This document shows, piece after piece, positions 24,700 through 37,669 of a DNA stretch of 64,000 bases. The notes under the pieces were generated by a model. The model ran no database searches. It saw only the letters and a program-made list of their open reading frames with translations, and was not told the origin of the DNA. The translations under genes and the position numbers were made by a program. Position 1 is the stretch's first letter. Every line of letters starts with the position of its first letter. This stretch comes from Chiloscyllium plagiosum (lineage: Eukaryota): assembly GCF_004010195.1 (NCBI RefSeq), contig NC_057718.1, positions 69,960,730 through 70,024,729 of the forward strand, read 5' to 3'.

Positions 24700-24830
24700 A
24701 TGGGGCGAAAGTGAGGACTACAGATGCTGGAGATTAGAATCGAGAATGTGGTGCTGGAAAAGCACAGCAGGTCAGGCAGCATCAGAGGAGCAGGAAAATC
24801 GACATTTCGGGCAAAAGCCCTTCATCATGA
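24700..24830 (-). mobile_element. Short PLE 3'-end insert with hammerhead remnant (family A)
   Basis: Minus strand ATGATGAAGGGCTTTTGCCCGAAATGTCG plus the shared tail. Confidence 0.75.
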
Positions 24831-25709
24831 GCAAGCTTATAGTCAAGCCCCATTATTCCACAAACTGTCACAAGTATGTAAATACCCAATTTAAATTGAC
24901 AAGTTGATTAATTTGCCTTACTCATTGCTATTCAGGACAAAAGCAATTCACAACAGGTTTAACAGGAAAATAACCTTATTTATAGTAAATACATTACGTA
25001 AAACCTTATAAGAATCTAAACAACTTGGGCTATGGTGAGGTGTTTGACAGGATCAGGCGACAAGTGTAGTGAAGTCTATCTCAACATCAAGATTATCTCA
25101 CTCAATTTTTATGCTTTTCATAAATAACAGGGTGAGATTCTAGCTAGGCAGTGGCACGCTGCCAATTAAGGAGGACTATTTCTTGTTAAATGCCTTGTTA
25201 ATGGTACAACTCGTTATATTAATATTCAGCCTCCCATCTTAAACTCGTAAACTCAGGAAAATTGACAAGGAAACAACTGTGAGGACATAGCAGATTCACT
25301 GCATCTCTTGCTCCAAACAACCTCTGTGGAAATCTGGCACCAGCATCTCAGGCACGCTCCATGGCTACACACACCCTACATGCATCAACATTGGCATCTG
25401 ACTTGTGCCAGCCTCAAAGAATCCAAATGGCATGATCCAATTAATGTAAAGGTCCCTTCTGCACTTCAATGTTGTATTGCAGCTATCATTGTAGTGCTTC
25501 TGTAAAGACACTGTGCACTCAAGAACACAATTGTAATTTGTGGACTAAACCAGGCTCTGTATCCCTGGGCACTTTACTTGCTGTCAGAATGCTTACTCAT
25601 TCTTAGCTTGCCTGAATGGGCTCAGCATCCCTTCTTTGCATTGTACTTCCATGTCTTTTTGCATTTTGCCCTCAGCCATAGATTCCAGGCCGAAATTATT
25701 GGCTCTAAT

Positions 25710-25816
25710 CATAGAACATAGAACATAGAACATAGAAGAATACAGCGCAGTACAGGCCCTTTGGCCCTCGATGTTGCGCCGATCCAAGCCCACCTAACCT
25801 ATACTAACCCACTATC
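25710..25816 (-). mobile_element. Young CR1 3' end running into an assembly gap
   Basis: (ATAGAAC)n tail and CR1 3' UTR sequence, then Ns at 25817-26330. Confidence 0.8.
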
Positions 25817-26724
25817 NNNNNNNNNNNNNNNNNNNNNNNNNNNNNNNNNNNNNNNNNNNNNNNNNNNNNNNNNNNNNNNNNNNNNNNNNNNNNNNNNNNN
25901 NNNNNNNNNNNNNNNNNNNNNNNNNNNNNNNNNNNNNNNNNNNNNNNNNNNNNNNNNNNNNNNNNNNNNNNNNNNNNNNNNNNNNNNNNNNNNNNNNNNN
26001 NNNNNNNNNNNNNNNNNNNNNNNNNNNNNNNNNNNNNNNNNNNNNNNNNNNNNNNNNNNNNNNNNNNNNNNNNNNNNNNNNNNNNNNNNNNNNNNNNNNN
26101 NNNNNNNNNNNNNNNNNNNNNNNNNNNNNNNNNNNNNNNNNNNNNNNNNNNNNNNNNNNNNNNNNNNNNNNNNNNNNNNNNNNNNNNNNNNNNNNNNNNN
26201 NNNNNNNNNNNNNNNNNNNNNNNNNNNNNNNNNNNNNNNNNNNNNNNNNNNNNNNNNNNNNNNNNNNNNNNNNNNNNNNNNNNNNNNNNNNNNNNNNNNN
26301 NNNNNNNNNNNNNNNNNNNNNNNNNNNNNNGGCACCACCATGAAGAACTCCAACAGTAATTATTTTGATCGAGCAGATTGTCCTCAAACAACCACAACCA
26401 ACTTCAAATTGCACCTGGAGTATCTGTAGTCAGTGGTAAGTCTTCTTTCAGTTTCTATTGACTTCATTTTTGCTCAGCTCTTTGGTGCTACACTTAATAA
26501 ATTTCTGAATTAATGTCAAGGTCAGTCACGTCATTCCTTAAATTCATTTATTTTGCTTATGACTGGAACAAGGCAGTATTAAGATCTGGATCTTGGCAGA
26601 AACCAAACCAAATGTTGGTGATTGGATATTATGAGTAGCCCAAGATTAGAGTGGGCTGACAAGTGGCAAGGCACAATCATGCGACACAATTGTCAGGTTA
26701 AAACTGCCTCCAACAAGTCTCTAA

Positions 26725-27040
26725 CAAGTCCACCATCCTCATGACCTGTCCTACCTGCCAATCTTACTTCCTACCTAGCCGCTCCACCCTCCTCTCTGAC
26801 CTATCACCTTTACCCTCACCTCCATCTACCTATTGCATTCTCAGCTACCTTCCCCTCCAGCCCAACACCCCCCTCCCATTTATCTTTCAGCTCCCTGGCC
26901 CACAAACCTCATGCCTGATGAAAGACTTATGCACGGAACTTTGATTCCCCTGCCCCTCGGATGCTGCCTGACTGGCTGTACTTTTCCAGCACCACACTCT
27001 TCAATTCTGATCTCCGGCATCTGCAGTCCTCACTTTCTTC
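26725..27040 (+). mobile_element. PLE 3' end (family A) with degenerate hammerhead
   Basis: Pyrimidine-rich UTR, CCTGATGAAAGACTTATGCACGGAAC and the tail GATGCTGCCTGAC...CATCTGCAGTCCTCAC. Confidence 0.75.
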
Positions 27041-27843
27041 AAATTACTGCTGTCTTTCCATTTATAACAGGTACAAAGCCAGAAAGATTGTCATGGTTGT
27101 CATGGCCCTGGAGATCTTGCTGGCCCTGATGCCAAAAAGGGACTTCCTCCTCTCCCAAGGCCAGCACTGCAGGTAATGACACCTGACCTTGCCATTCTGG
27201 TCTGAGTTTAACATTTGGTTTGAGCAGTCAGCCATCTAGAGGAACACAACAGCAATCACATACAGAGTGTTACATATTCACAACACTCAATGTGAGTGCT
27301 GTTGTATTCATAACACTCTACATATCAAAAGGATCTTGGGGACAAAGTCCATCGTTCTCTGAAAGTGGCAACATAAGTGGATAAGGTGATAAAGAAGGTG
27401 AACAGCATGTTTTCTTTCATTAGCTGGAGCACTGAGTGGAAAAGTCATGTTGCAACTGTATAAGACTTTAGTTAGACCACATTTGGTGTATGGTATGCAG
27501 TTCTGGTCCCCATACTAAGAATGTGGAGGCCTTCGAGTGGGTGCAAAAGGGCCTTCCGAGGATGTTGCCTGGTTTGGAGTGTTTTATTTGGAAGGAGAAG
27601 TTGGACAAACTTCAAGTGTTTTCACTCGAGTGCCAGAGAGTGAAGGGTAACCTGCTAGAAGTATGTGAAATTATGCGAGGCATGGGTAAGGCAGATAGTC
27701 AGTGTCTTTTTCCTAGGTTGGAAATATCAAATACTAAGAGGTATAATTTAAGATGAGGGGGGAAAAGTTTAATGTGAGAGCAAAGCATTTTGCTTAGTGG
27801 GTGATGGATGCCTGGAATACTCTACCAAGTGGTGGAAGCAGAC

Positions 27844-30800
27844 TCGGCAAGATGGCGGTGATTCTGTAGAACTGTTGTAGACAGCTCTGCCTAACAGCCA
27901 GGGCATACTAGTATTTTTTGCCATCCCTGGCCAACTTATGTAGTGGAATTATTACTTTGAAACCTTACGGATCACATATTTGTTAATATTTGGGAGTGGA
28001 AAGGATGCCAAAAGGAAAAGGACACTCCCCTGCAGCACCTACCACACCAGAGACTGCAGCAGCAGCCTCTCCTGAACCTGACAGACTCACAGGAATCGGT
28101 TAATGCTTGTTCTCTTTTTTTTAATCTTTCGCATGTTTTCCCTTTTTTTTAAATTCCTTTCTTTCTTCCTAATAATTTCCTTTTTGGAGTCACAAGTAGG
28201 GGTGACATGAACCCAGGGATAGGTAGAGTGTTCATCCTGACTTTGTCTTTTTTCTGTTGATTTAAGGATCATCTCCTTGTTTCTTTCCTCTGACCTAAGG
28301 CTGGGGCACAGTCCGGGTTTGAAGGAGCTATGAAGGAGGGGATGGGTAGGGTGAGTGCCCCCTAAGGGCAGGGGGAAGAGTCTTCCATTCAAGGTTTTAT
28401 AGTTGGTTTTCATTGTAGTTGTTTAGTGCTTATAGTTATGATATAGTAGTTTTTGTATATATAGTTTTTCAATTCTATGAGTGTTTATTTACATATGCTC
28501 GGCGCTTTGTAAGCGGAGTTCTCCCTCCAAGGGGTTCAAGGGTGTCTGAAAGGGGATATGGCTAAGTGTATTATTAAAAGGTGCACCTGGAACATTAAGG
28601 GAAGTCATTCGCCTGTTAAAAGGAAAAAAGTGCTTCCTAGCCTTAAGAGGGAAAAGGTTGATATCGCTTTGTTGCAGGAAACCCATCTTGATGATGGGGA
28701 ACACCTGAAATTACAACAGGGGGGTTATGACCGGTTATTCTTTTCATCCTTTACTACTAAAAGTAGGGGAGTAGCGGTACTTACCCAGAAAAATCTTCTG
28801 TTCACATTATTAGAGCAGGTGAAAGATGAGCAGGGACGGTTTGTGATACTTAAAGCCCTGATACATGGGGAGGAATATGACATCTTAAACATCTACTGTC
28901 CTCCAGCGTATCCCCTCAAATTTTTGATGAGTGCTATCTCTAAGTTGAGTGCTTTTGGAACACGGCACATTATTATGGGGGAGGGATTTTAATTGTCTTT
29001 TGGATCCGACAGTGGACAGGATGCCTTGTGGGCCCCCAACTATTTCTTTGCAGGCCAAGCAGGTGGTTGACTTTTGCGAGGAGTTGGGGCTAATGGATAT
29101 TTGGAGATGTCTTCACCCTACCGGTAGGGACTTCACCTTTTTTTTTCGAATGTCACACGAGGATTGACCTCTTTCTGACTCCCTCGGCCCTTCTGGATTC
29201 GATTATGGTTTGTAAAATTGGGAATATCTCTCATTACGCGGCAGTATATTTGGAGGTTAAGGCCAAGAGTGAAGGGTTCGGTTTGCGGCACTGGCGTTTT
29301 GACCCTTTTCTCCATAAGGATTCCAAATTTGTGGAATACATTTTGAAGGAGTTTCAGGAATTCTTGACTATCAACTCAGGCATGGCTAGTAGGCCATCAA
29401 TGCTGTGGGAGACTGCGAAGGCCTTTGCTAGGGGATTAGCTATTTCCTATTCGGCTAGCCGGAAATGACAGGAGGAGGAACAGCAGCGTCTACTTGAGAC
29501 ACGGCCCTCGGTGACTAAGCTACAGCAGATCACAGCCCTTCGGGCTGCCTTGAATTCAATACTGACACAAAACGCAAAGGAAGAACTTGCTTTTCCTAGA
29601 CAAAGGCTGTTCGAATATGGGGATAGGCCAGGGAAGTATTTAGCGTATCTTACTAGGACAAAGCATGCTCCCCAATCCATTACTGCAATCAGAGACAGCG
29701 CCGGGGTCCTTACATACGATGCTAAAAAGATGAATGAGGCTTTTTGGAGCTTTTGCTCTGAATTGTATTGGTCTGAAAGTTGTGAAGACAGGAGGGCTAA
29801 AATGGAGACTTTTTTTAAGAATCTAGACCACCCAGGGGTAACCTTGGAACAGGCCTTTCTCCCTAATGCCCCCTTGATAGTTCCAGAAATACAGGACGCA
29901 GCTAGGCAACTTCAAAATGGGAAAGCACCTGGCCCTGAGTCTTCTGGGTGAGTTTTATAAGGAGTTTATAGGGATTCTGTCAGGGCCGATGTTGGAGATG
30001 TACAATCACTCCTAAATGCATGAATGCCTACCACCATCTTTGAGAGAAACTAATATTTCCTTAAGAAGGGGAAGGTTCCTGTGGATTGTGCCTCATACAG
30101 ACCCATCTCTCTATTAAATTCAGATTTCCAGATTCTGTCCAAATCCTGGCGCTGAGACTGGAAAGGGTGTTGCCCTATATTATTAAAGAGGACCAGACAG
30201 GTTTTATAAGGGGCCGTAGGTCCTCTAATAATATTAGAAGGTTGCTGAATGTGGTCCAAGTTTGTTAGCAACGATCGATTCAGGGGTTGGTGATTTCATT
30301 AGATGCAGAGAAAGCATTTGACCGGGTGGAATGGCCGTATCTTTTTTATGTCTTAGAATAGTTCGGGTTGGGTGGAGTCCTTGCTAGGTGGGTGGAGGTT
30401 TTATATCGCCACCCTCTGGCCGCGGTCATCACCAACGGGGTGAAGTCTGGGAATTTTACGATCGTTAGGGGTAGTCGGTAAGGCTGCCCCCTCTCACCAT
30501 TGTTGTTTACGTTGGTGATAGAGCCGCTGGCAGAGGCCATTCGTCAGAACATCCACATAACCGCTCCGGAAGTGGGATCGAGAGCACACAAGCTTACACC
30601 GTATGCGGATGATGTCCTTCTGGGTTTGATAAAAACAATGACCTCCGTACCCCATTTGATACAATGTATCAATTCATTTGGGGCTATTTCAGGATATAAG
30701 ATTAACTTTGCAAAATCGGAGGCAATGCCTTTGGGGAACCTTAAGGATGTGCCAGAAGTTTAAAGTGGCCCTAAGTTCCCTTTAAAGTGGTCACGGGGCA

Positions 30801-32615
30801 CAGTTCCAATACCTAGGCATTTTTATTACCCCCAAGTTTGATCTGTTATTTCGGACTAACTTTGCTCACTTGCTCGATAATATTAGGCGAGATCTCCAGA
30901 GATGGGAGGCTCTTCCAATTTCATGGCTTGGCCGAATATCTCTCATTATGATGAATGTTCTTCCTCGTTTGCTTTATCCCACGTGTATGCTCCCTATAAG
31001 GTTTCCCAGGTCAACGCTGCGGAAGTTTTGGGGTGGTTTTGTTCCTTTGTCTGGTATCATGGGTGGCCCCTCATCAAACTTACTAAATTGCAGTTGCCTC
31101 AAGGAGGGGGAGGAGTTGATTTCCCAGACATCAGATGGTATCAATTGAGTTCCCTGCTCTCCTTTGTCTGTGATTGGGGAGGTAACAATCCAAACCCAAC
31201 ATGGCTGGATATCGAGGCCTCCCAAGCAAAGTTCCGTGTTATTAACCTATTGTTCATGAACTGCCGGAAACCGATTGTCATTAGTACAGTCAGGGCGTGG
31301 AGGGCGATGCATCAGAGTGAGGGTTGTTTATCCAAGACTTCGCCACTTACACCTATGGTTGGCATGCCAGGCTTCCAACCAGGGATGATGGACTCAGGGT
31401 TCAAACTATGGGCAGTGAGAGGAGTTTCTAGTTTGGGAGACTTGTTTGAAGGGGAGGTTATGATGTCTTTTGAGCAACTGAGCCTCAAATACGGGTTACC
31501 CAGCAAAGTTTTTTTTCAGGTTAGGGATTTCATCCAGAAGAAGACTATGCTTCTCACTAAACCCTATAAGCCCGATACAAAGAGGTTGTTGCTATGTTCC
31601 ACAAGCACCCTTTCGGTTAGTGCCTTCTATCGCCTGCTGCGTGACAGGGCCTGGCAGAATATTAACTGGTTATGTGAGGTCTGGGAACAAGAGCTAGTAG
31701 TGGAGATCTTTTCTGAAACATGGGAGAACATTCGAAAGATCTCAGTGTGTAATAGGATAGGCTACGCTGTTAAAAGTTCTGCACAAGGCTCACCCGGCAC
31801 CAGACCATCTAGTAAAATTTTAAAAAGGGGCATATTCAGTGTGCCCCAAATGTAAAATAAGTGTAGGTACTCTTACCCATTGCTTCTGGACATTCCACAG
31901 GCCTCAGTGTTTATTGGAGCGCTGTGGTGGGAGACATAGGGAGGGTATTGAGGACTGAAGTCAAAGTAGACCTGATCTCTCTTCTCTTAGGTCTACCAAA
32001 TTTACCATCTTTATACGGGCATGGAAAGGAACTATTTAATATTCTTGCATACTGTGCACGGAAGAATATTCTGATGAATTGGGTATCTGAGAACCCGCGG
32101 GGCTTGCTGGAATGACAGAAATTAATTATGGAGCACATTCCCTTGGATGTTTTTACAAACATAGTGCACCACACGACAGACCATTTTTAAGATATGATAG
32201 TCCTACTTGAGTTATTTGGATATAGATTTGTCAGTTATCTTAACTAAAGTGTTTGTTTAACGAAGATGGTTAGATTTGTCAAGCACTGGGCCCTGGAGGG
32301 GGGGGTCTCCTGAGTTAATACGGGTATACATACAATGCTCCCATTCCTTTGTTTGGAAGCTTTGCGCTGAGCCTAGCTGTTCTGTATTTTGTGGGGATTT
32401 TTTTGGGTTTTTTTGCTTTTTTTTGGTGTTGCTTTGCACAGCATTAGCGTTTGTTTTGTATTATAGGGTAGGTTAATAGTTAGTAGACAATAGTTGTATT
32501 GTAATTTGTGGGTTTTTTCTTTTTATTATACTGATATTTGTTATAAAATTATTGAAAAATACAATATCTTTGTAAAGTTAAAAAACATTTGCTAATAAAT
32601 ATATTTACAAAGAAA
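27844..32615 (+). mobile_element. L1-clade LINE with both ends and a 17-bp TSD; ORF1 almost entirely deleted, ORF2 disrupted
   Basis: TSD AAGTGGTGGAAGCAGAC at 27827-27843 and 32616-32632. 5' CAAGATGGCG motif. ORF2 from 28558 has WNIKG, LQETH, DFNC, GKAPGP, QTGFI.GR, YADD and C-terminal CPKC. AATAAA and an A-rich tail at the 3' end. Confidence 0.93.
28558..32260 (+). pseudogene. L1 ORF2 (endonuclease + reverse transcriptase + Cys-rich domain), multiple frameshifts and stops
   Basis: Consecutive ORF fragments 28558-28992, 28949-29167, 29205-29468, 29511-29951, 30086-30268, 30500-30763, 30870-31855 and 31924-32115. Confidence 0.9.
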
Positions 32616-32798
32616 AAGTGGTGGAAGCAGACACATTAGCAAAGTTTAAGAGGCTAGACAGACACATGAACAGGCAGGGAATAGATGGATGTAGACCATG
32701 TACAGGCAGATGAGTCTAGTTTAGAATTGCATCATGGTTGGCACAGAGATGGTGAGCTGATGGACCTGTTCCTGTGCTGTACTGTTCAATATTCTATG

Positions 32799-33120
32799 TT
32801 AGATTAGATTAGATTAGATTAGATTACATTACATTACAGTGTGGAAACAGGCCCTTCGGCCCAACAAGTCCACACCGACCCGCCGAAGCGAAACCCACCC
32901 ATACCCCTACATTTACCCCTTACCTAACACTACGGGCAATTTAGCATGGCCAATTCACCTGACCCTGCACATCTTTGGACTGTGGGAGGAAACCGGAGCA
33001 CCCGGAGGAAACCCACGCAGACACGGGGAGAACGTGCAAACTCCACACAGAGAGTCGCCTGAGGCGGGAATTGAACCCGGGTCTCAGGCGCTGTGAGGCA
33101 GCAGTGCTAACCACTGTGCC
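32799..33120 (-). mobile_element. HE1-type V-SINE (young, CpG-rich)
   Basis: Long (TTAGA)n tail on the plus strand and intact core and head. Confidence 0.93.
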
Positions 33121-33689
33121 TCCACTCCATCAGCTCTACTCCATCAGCTTAAGTGCCACCATCTGATATCCTCTCTGATATTTTACAGTCGCTCCACCTC
33201 TGCTATTGTACCCATCTCTCACAAGGCCCATATTTGCTCTCACTACCTCAAATCCCGTGAATACTAACTTTGCGTGCCTTCTTGCACTGCCTGCTCACTC
33301 ACACAAGACACCTCCTCACTTGGACACAAAGTAACAGCTGTGTCACCCACATTCATCTCCCAGAATACCTGTTTCCCTCTGATCCTAGAAGGAAAACATC
33401 CCTGATAGAGCAGAAAGATTCAAGAAGCATGGTGTGCTGCCTGACATTCAGCTTCTCATACCTTATGAGGAAAGGGTCATGACTCTGGCTGGCCCAAGCA
33501 AACCCTGGACCAGTATCAGAAGCTGCCCTTAATTTCCTGTACCAGGACTTCCTGAGTGAACCCTTGAATTGACTGAGGCTTGCTGCCAACCATGACAGCT
33601 TCATGGCTTAGAGTCAGTGCTAAATGGCAAGGCAAAATAGCAATGTGGCAAAGTGCAAAAAGGCAACACTCGGTAGAGATGCTGTGAAC

Positions 33690-35085
33690 ATCCAGGGAAA
33701 GTTGGTGAGTGCTGGGGAGTAGAGACTACCCTGGTAATTATAGACCAGTGAGCCTTACTTCGGTTGTGGGCTAAGTGTTGGAAAAGATAATAAGAGAGAG
33801 GATTTATAATCATCTAGAAAGGAATAAGTTGATGAGGGATAGTCAACAGTTTTGTGAAGGGTAGGTCATTAATCACAAACCTTAAGCTTTTTGAGGTGGT
33901 GACCATACAGGTGGGTGAGGGTAAAGTGGTTGACGTGGTGTATATGGATTTCAGTGAGGCATTTGATAAGGTTCCCCACAGTAGGCTATTGCACAAAATA
34001 CAGAGGCATGGGATTGTGGGTGATTTAGCAGTTTGGATCAGAAATTGGCTAGCTGAAAGAAGACAGAGGGTGGTGTTTGATGGGAAATATTCATCCTGGA
34101 GTCAATTACTTTTGGGCTACCGCAAGGATCTGTTTTGGGGCTATTGCTATTTGTCATTTTTATAGATGACCTGGATGAGGACGTAGAAGGATGGGTTAAT
34201 AAATTTGCGGATAACACTAAGGTCAGTAGAGTTGTGGATAGTGCCGAAGGATGTTGTAGGTTACAGATGCACATAGATAAGCTGCAGATCTGGATTGGGA
34301 GGTGGCAAATTGAGTTCAATGCAGAAAAGTGCGAGGTGATTCACTTTGGAAGGAACAATGGGAATAAAGAGTACTGGGCCACTGGTAAAATTCTTGGTAG
34401 TGTAGATGAACAAAGGGATCTCAGTGTCCATGTACATAGATCCCTGAAATTTGCCACCCAGGTTGGTAAGGTTGTTAAGAAGGCATACGGTGCAATATCT
34501 TTTATTATTAGAGGGATTGAGTTTCAGAACCATGAGGTCATGCTGCAGCTGTACAAAACTCTGGTGCAACCGCTCTTGGAATATTGCATACATTTCTGGT
34601 CACCGCATTATAGGAAGGATGTGGATACTTTGGAAAGGGTTTAGAGGAGATTTACTAGGATGTTGCCTGGTCTGGAGGTAAGGTCTCACGAGGAAAGGCT
34701 GAGGGACTTGAGGCTGTTTTCGTTAGAGAGAAGAAGGTTAAGAGGTGACTTAATTGAGACATAAGATAATCAGAGATTTAGATAGTTTGGACAGTAAGAG
34801 CCTTTTTCCTCAGATACTGACGTGCAGCACGAAGGGACATAGCTTTGAATTGAGGGGTGATAGATATTGGACAGATGTCAGAGGTAATTTCTTTACTCAG
34901 AGAATAGTAGAGGCCTGAAACACACTGCCTGCAACAGTAGTAGACTCGCCAACTTTAAGGACATTTAAATGGTCGTTGTATAGACAAATGGAATAATGTA
35001 GGTTAGATGGGCTTTAGATTGGATTCACAGGGCAGTGCAAGAGTGTTGAAGGGCCTGTACTGCACTGTAATGTTCCATGAACTCT
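33690..35085 (+). mobile_element. CR1 LINE RT/3' fragment
   Basis: VVYMDFSEAFDKVPH, KFADNTK, WQIEFNAEKC and LLEYCIHFWSP motifs. Confidence 0.93.
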
Positions 35086-36524
35086 ACGACAGGAAGCTTG
35101 GAGATGTAGCCTAATGCAGTCCATACTGGGTATGTGCCCCTGAATGCACAATGCCCTTGCTGCTGTATTGCAATGATATTGCCAGTGCAATCTAAAATGC
35201 AGCACTGAAGTGCAGAAGGGTGCTGTACGTGTTTTAGAGATGTGCCAGAAGGATTCTTAGAGGCTGGTACATGTCAGAAACCAATATCAGTGGGCATAGG
35301 CTGTGTGGTTGATGTCCATGGAGTGTGCCCTGAGAAGTAGGTATTGGGTGTCCAACACAAAGCTCTTTCAGAACAATCTTCCAGCGGAATCCACCAGACA
35401 CTTGCTCTAGTATGTTTGTCAGGTTGTCCTAACATCAAGCTTGTTTGGTGAATCTATTAAGGTGGGAGGCTGAGTATTACTAAGGTAAATTTAGCAAGAC
35501 ACTTAGCAACTTCTCTCTGTCTAGCGAGAATCTCACCATGCCAATGTGAAAAGTGTAAAATGTGATCCCAATGTCAAGATAAATCTTGCTGCACATATGT
35601 CCCAATTCTGTCATACATTTCACCAATGTTTCACGTGGCTCCCTGATGTTCTATGCCAAGTTCCTTAAACTTTCTACACCTGAACAACTTGTCCCAATTC
35701 AAAGAATGTGAAACTACTTGGAGCTATTGATAAGTTTGCAAAATGAGAGGTGACTCAATGCAATACAAAGTGATTGTAAAATCAGTAATGTAAAAATAAC
35801 CCTCAAATCTAGATCAACGCGCATAATTTACAGATATTTAAAAAAATATTTCAAGAGCAGAATGTGAATGATTCTATTGCTTTGCACCTTACCTTGACAG
35901 ATTGCCTTGATGGGTCAGCTTTGAGATATTGGCAGATCTTCTTGGAGTTTCCCTTTGACATGTCCTTTTGAATAGATCCTTTTGACAACTTTTATAGTTG
36001 ATTTTGATAGATCTATTGAAAGTTCCCAATACCCCACAGTAGTGGGTTTATGCTTTCTTTTTACACACTTTTCAACACCTATTATTCTACCTGCCACAAA
36101 AGGTATTCCAGAACCCTATCCAAAGGAGGACAAAACATTTCTGAAAGACAACTGAGACTGTCCGAGTAAACCCACGAAGTTCACAAATGTTCTTACTAGG
36201 TCTAATTTTATTTCATACTCCAAAATCCCATTTTATGGATTTTAAAGGGTCAGCAGCCATTGCACAAAAGGTGCCCTCATCCTCATATTGTCCTTACTGT
36301 CTTCAGAAACTGGTCCATTTCATTATTCTTGCTGTGACAGAGAAACACAATGCCATGGCCATTCTGAGCAAACGGTTCACTCCAAAGCTTTCAAAGTACA
36401 CTACTTTAAAAGAGCACTGCTCTCCTCCCAGTGAGTATTTTAAATTTCCTATCTTCCCTTGAAGACTTACCTGTATGATTGATAAGTAGAGAGCATGCAT
36501 TCCCATTAGTGTGAAGAGCAAGGC

Positions 36525-36723
36525 CAGGTAAAAACAAGGACTGCAGATGCTGGAAAACAGATTGTAGATTAGAGTGGTGCTGGAAAAGCACAGCAGTTCA
36601 GGCAGCATCGGAGGAGCAGGAAAATCAATGTTTCGGGTAAAAGCCCTCCATCAGGAATAGAGCCTCTGCTCCTCCGATGCTGCCTGAACTGCTGTGCTTT
36701 TCTAGCACCACTCTAATTGAGAA
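36525..36723. mobile_element. Fold-back PLE-derived insert with 13-bp TSD
   Basis: TSD TGAAGAGCAAGGC at 36512-36524 and 36724-36736. 52-bp inverted arms at 36568-36619 and 36666-36717. Confidence 0.85.
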
Positions 36724-37669
36724 TGAAGAGCAAGGCTGGTGGGTGTAGGAAATGCTGGATGACAAGAAGCATTGAGGCTCTAGTCAAGAAAGGAGGAGGC
36801 ATATGTCAGGTATAGACAGCTAGGATTGAGTGAAACCCTAAAGGAGTATAAAGGCAGTGGGAGTATACTCAAGAGGGAAATCATGACGGCATAAAGGGGA
36901 CATGAGATAGCTTTGGCAAATAGGGTTACGAAGAATCCCAAGAAATTCTACAAATGTATAAGGGCAAAAGAGTAACTAATGAGAGAGTAGTGTCCCTTAC
37001 AGATTAACAAGACCATCTATGTGTGGAACTACAGGAGGTGCACGAGATACAAAATGAATATTTCGCATCAGTACTCACTGTGGAGAAAGACATAGAAGCT
37101 AAGGAACTTGGGGAAATAAATGGTGATGTACTGACAAGTATCCAGCGGAGAAGTCGATGGAGGTATTAAGATGCATAAAGGTAAATAATTCCCCTGGACA
37201 TATCAGGCATATTCCAGAATATTAGGGAAAGCTGGGGAAGAGATTGCTGGGCCCCTGGCTGAGATTTTTATATCATCAATAGCCATAAGTGAGCTGCCAG
37301 AAGACTAGAGGTTGGCCAATGTGGTGCCATTACTAAAGAAAGATGGTAAGGAAAATCCAGGGAGTCATAGACCCGGTGAGCTTGACGTCAGTGGAGGGTA
37401 AGTTGTTGGAAGGGATTCTGAGGGACAAGACATGCATTTGGAAAGGCATGGATTGATTAGGAATCGTCAACAAGGTTTTGTGCATGGGAAATTATATCTC
37501 ATTAATTTAATTAAGCTTTTTTGAAGAGGTGACCAAGAAGATTGTTGAAAGCATATGGACTTCACCAAGGCTTTTGATAATGTTCCGTATGGTCGACTAG
37601 TTAGTAACATTAGACCATATGGAATCCAGGGGAGCTAGCTATTTGGATACAAAATTAGCTTGAATGTAT

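Larger units (their letters stand above)
27325..32798 (+). mobile_element. CR1 LINE 3' fragment (27325-27843 and 32616-32798) split by an L1 insertion
   Basis: CR1 C-terminal and 3' UTR sequence on both sides of the L1. The two halves join across the TSD. Confidence 0.8.

Noticed and set aside
25761..26429. ORFs of about 200 aa (also 9894-10306)
   Set aside because: They consist of X residues across assembly gaps.
27086..27100. CHGCH (CxxCH heme-binding-like) peptide in one frame
   Set aside because: A five-residue match arising from a short TTGTCATGG repeat, with no cytochrome context.
36465..36475. Perfect minus-strand donor CAG|GTAAGT
   Set aside because: The upstream sequence is CR1/PLE repeat, with no credible acceptor or exon.
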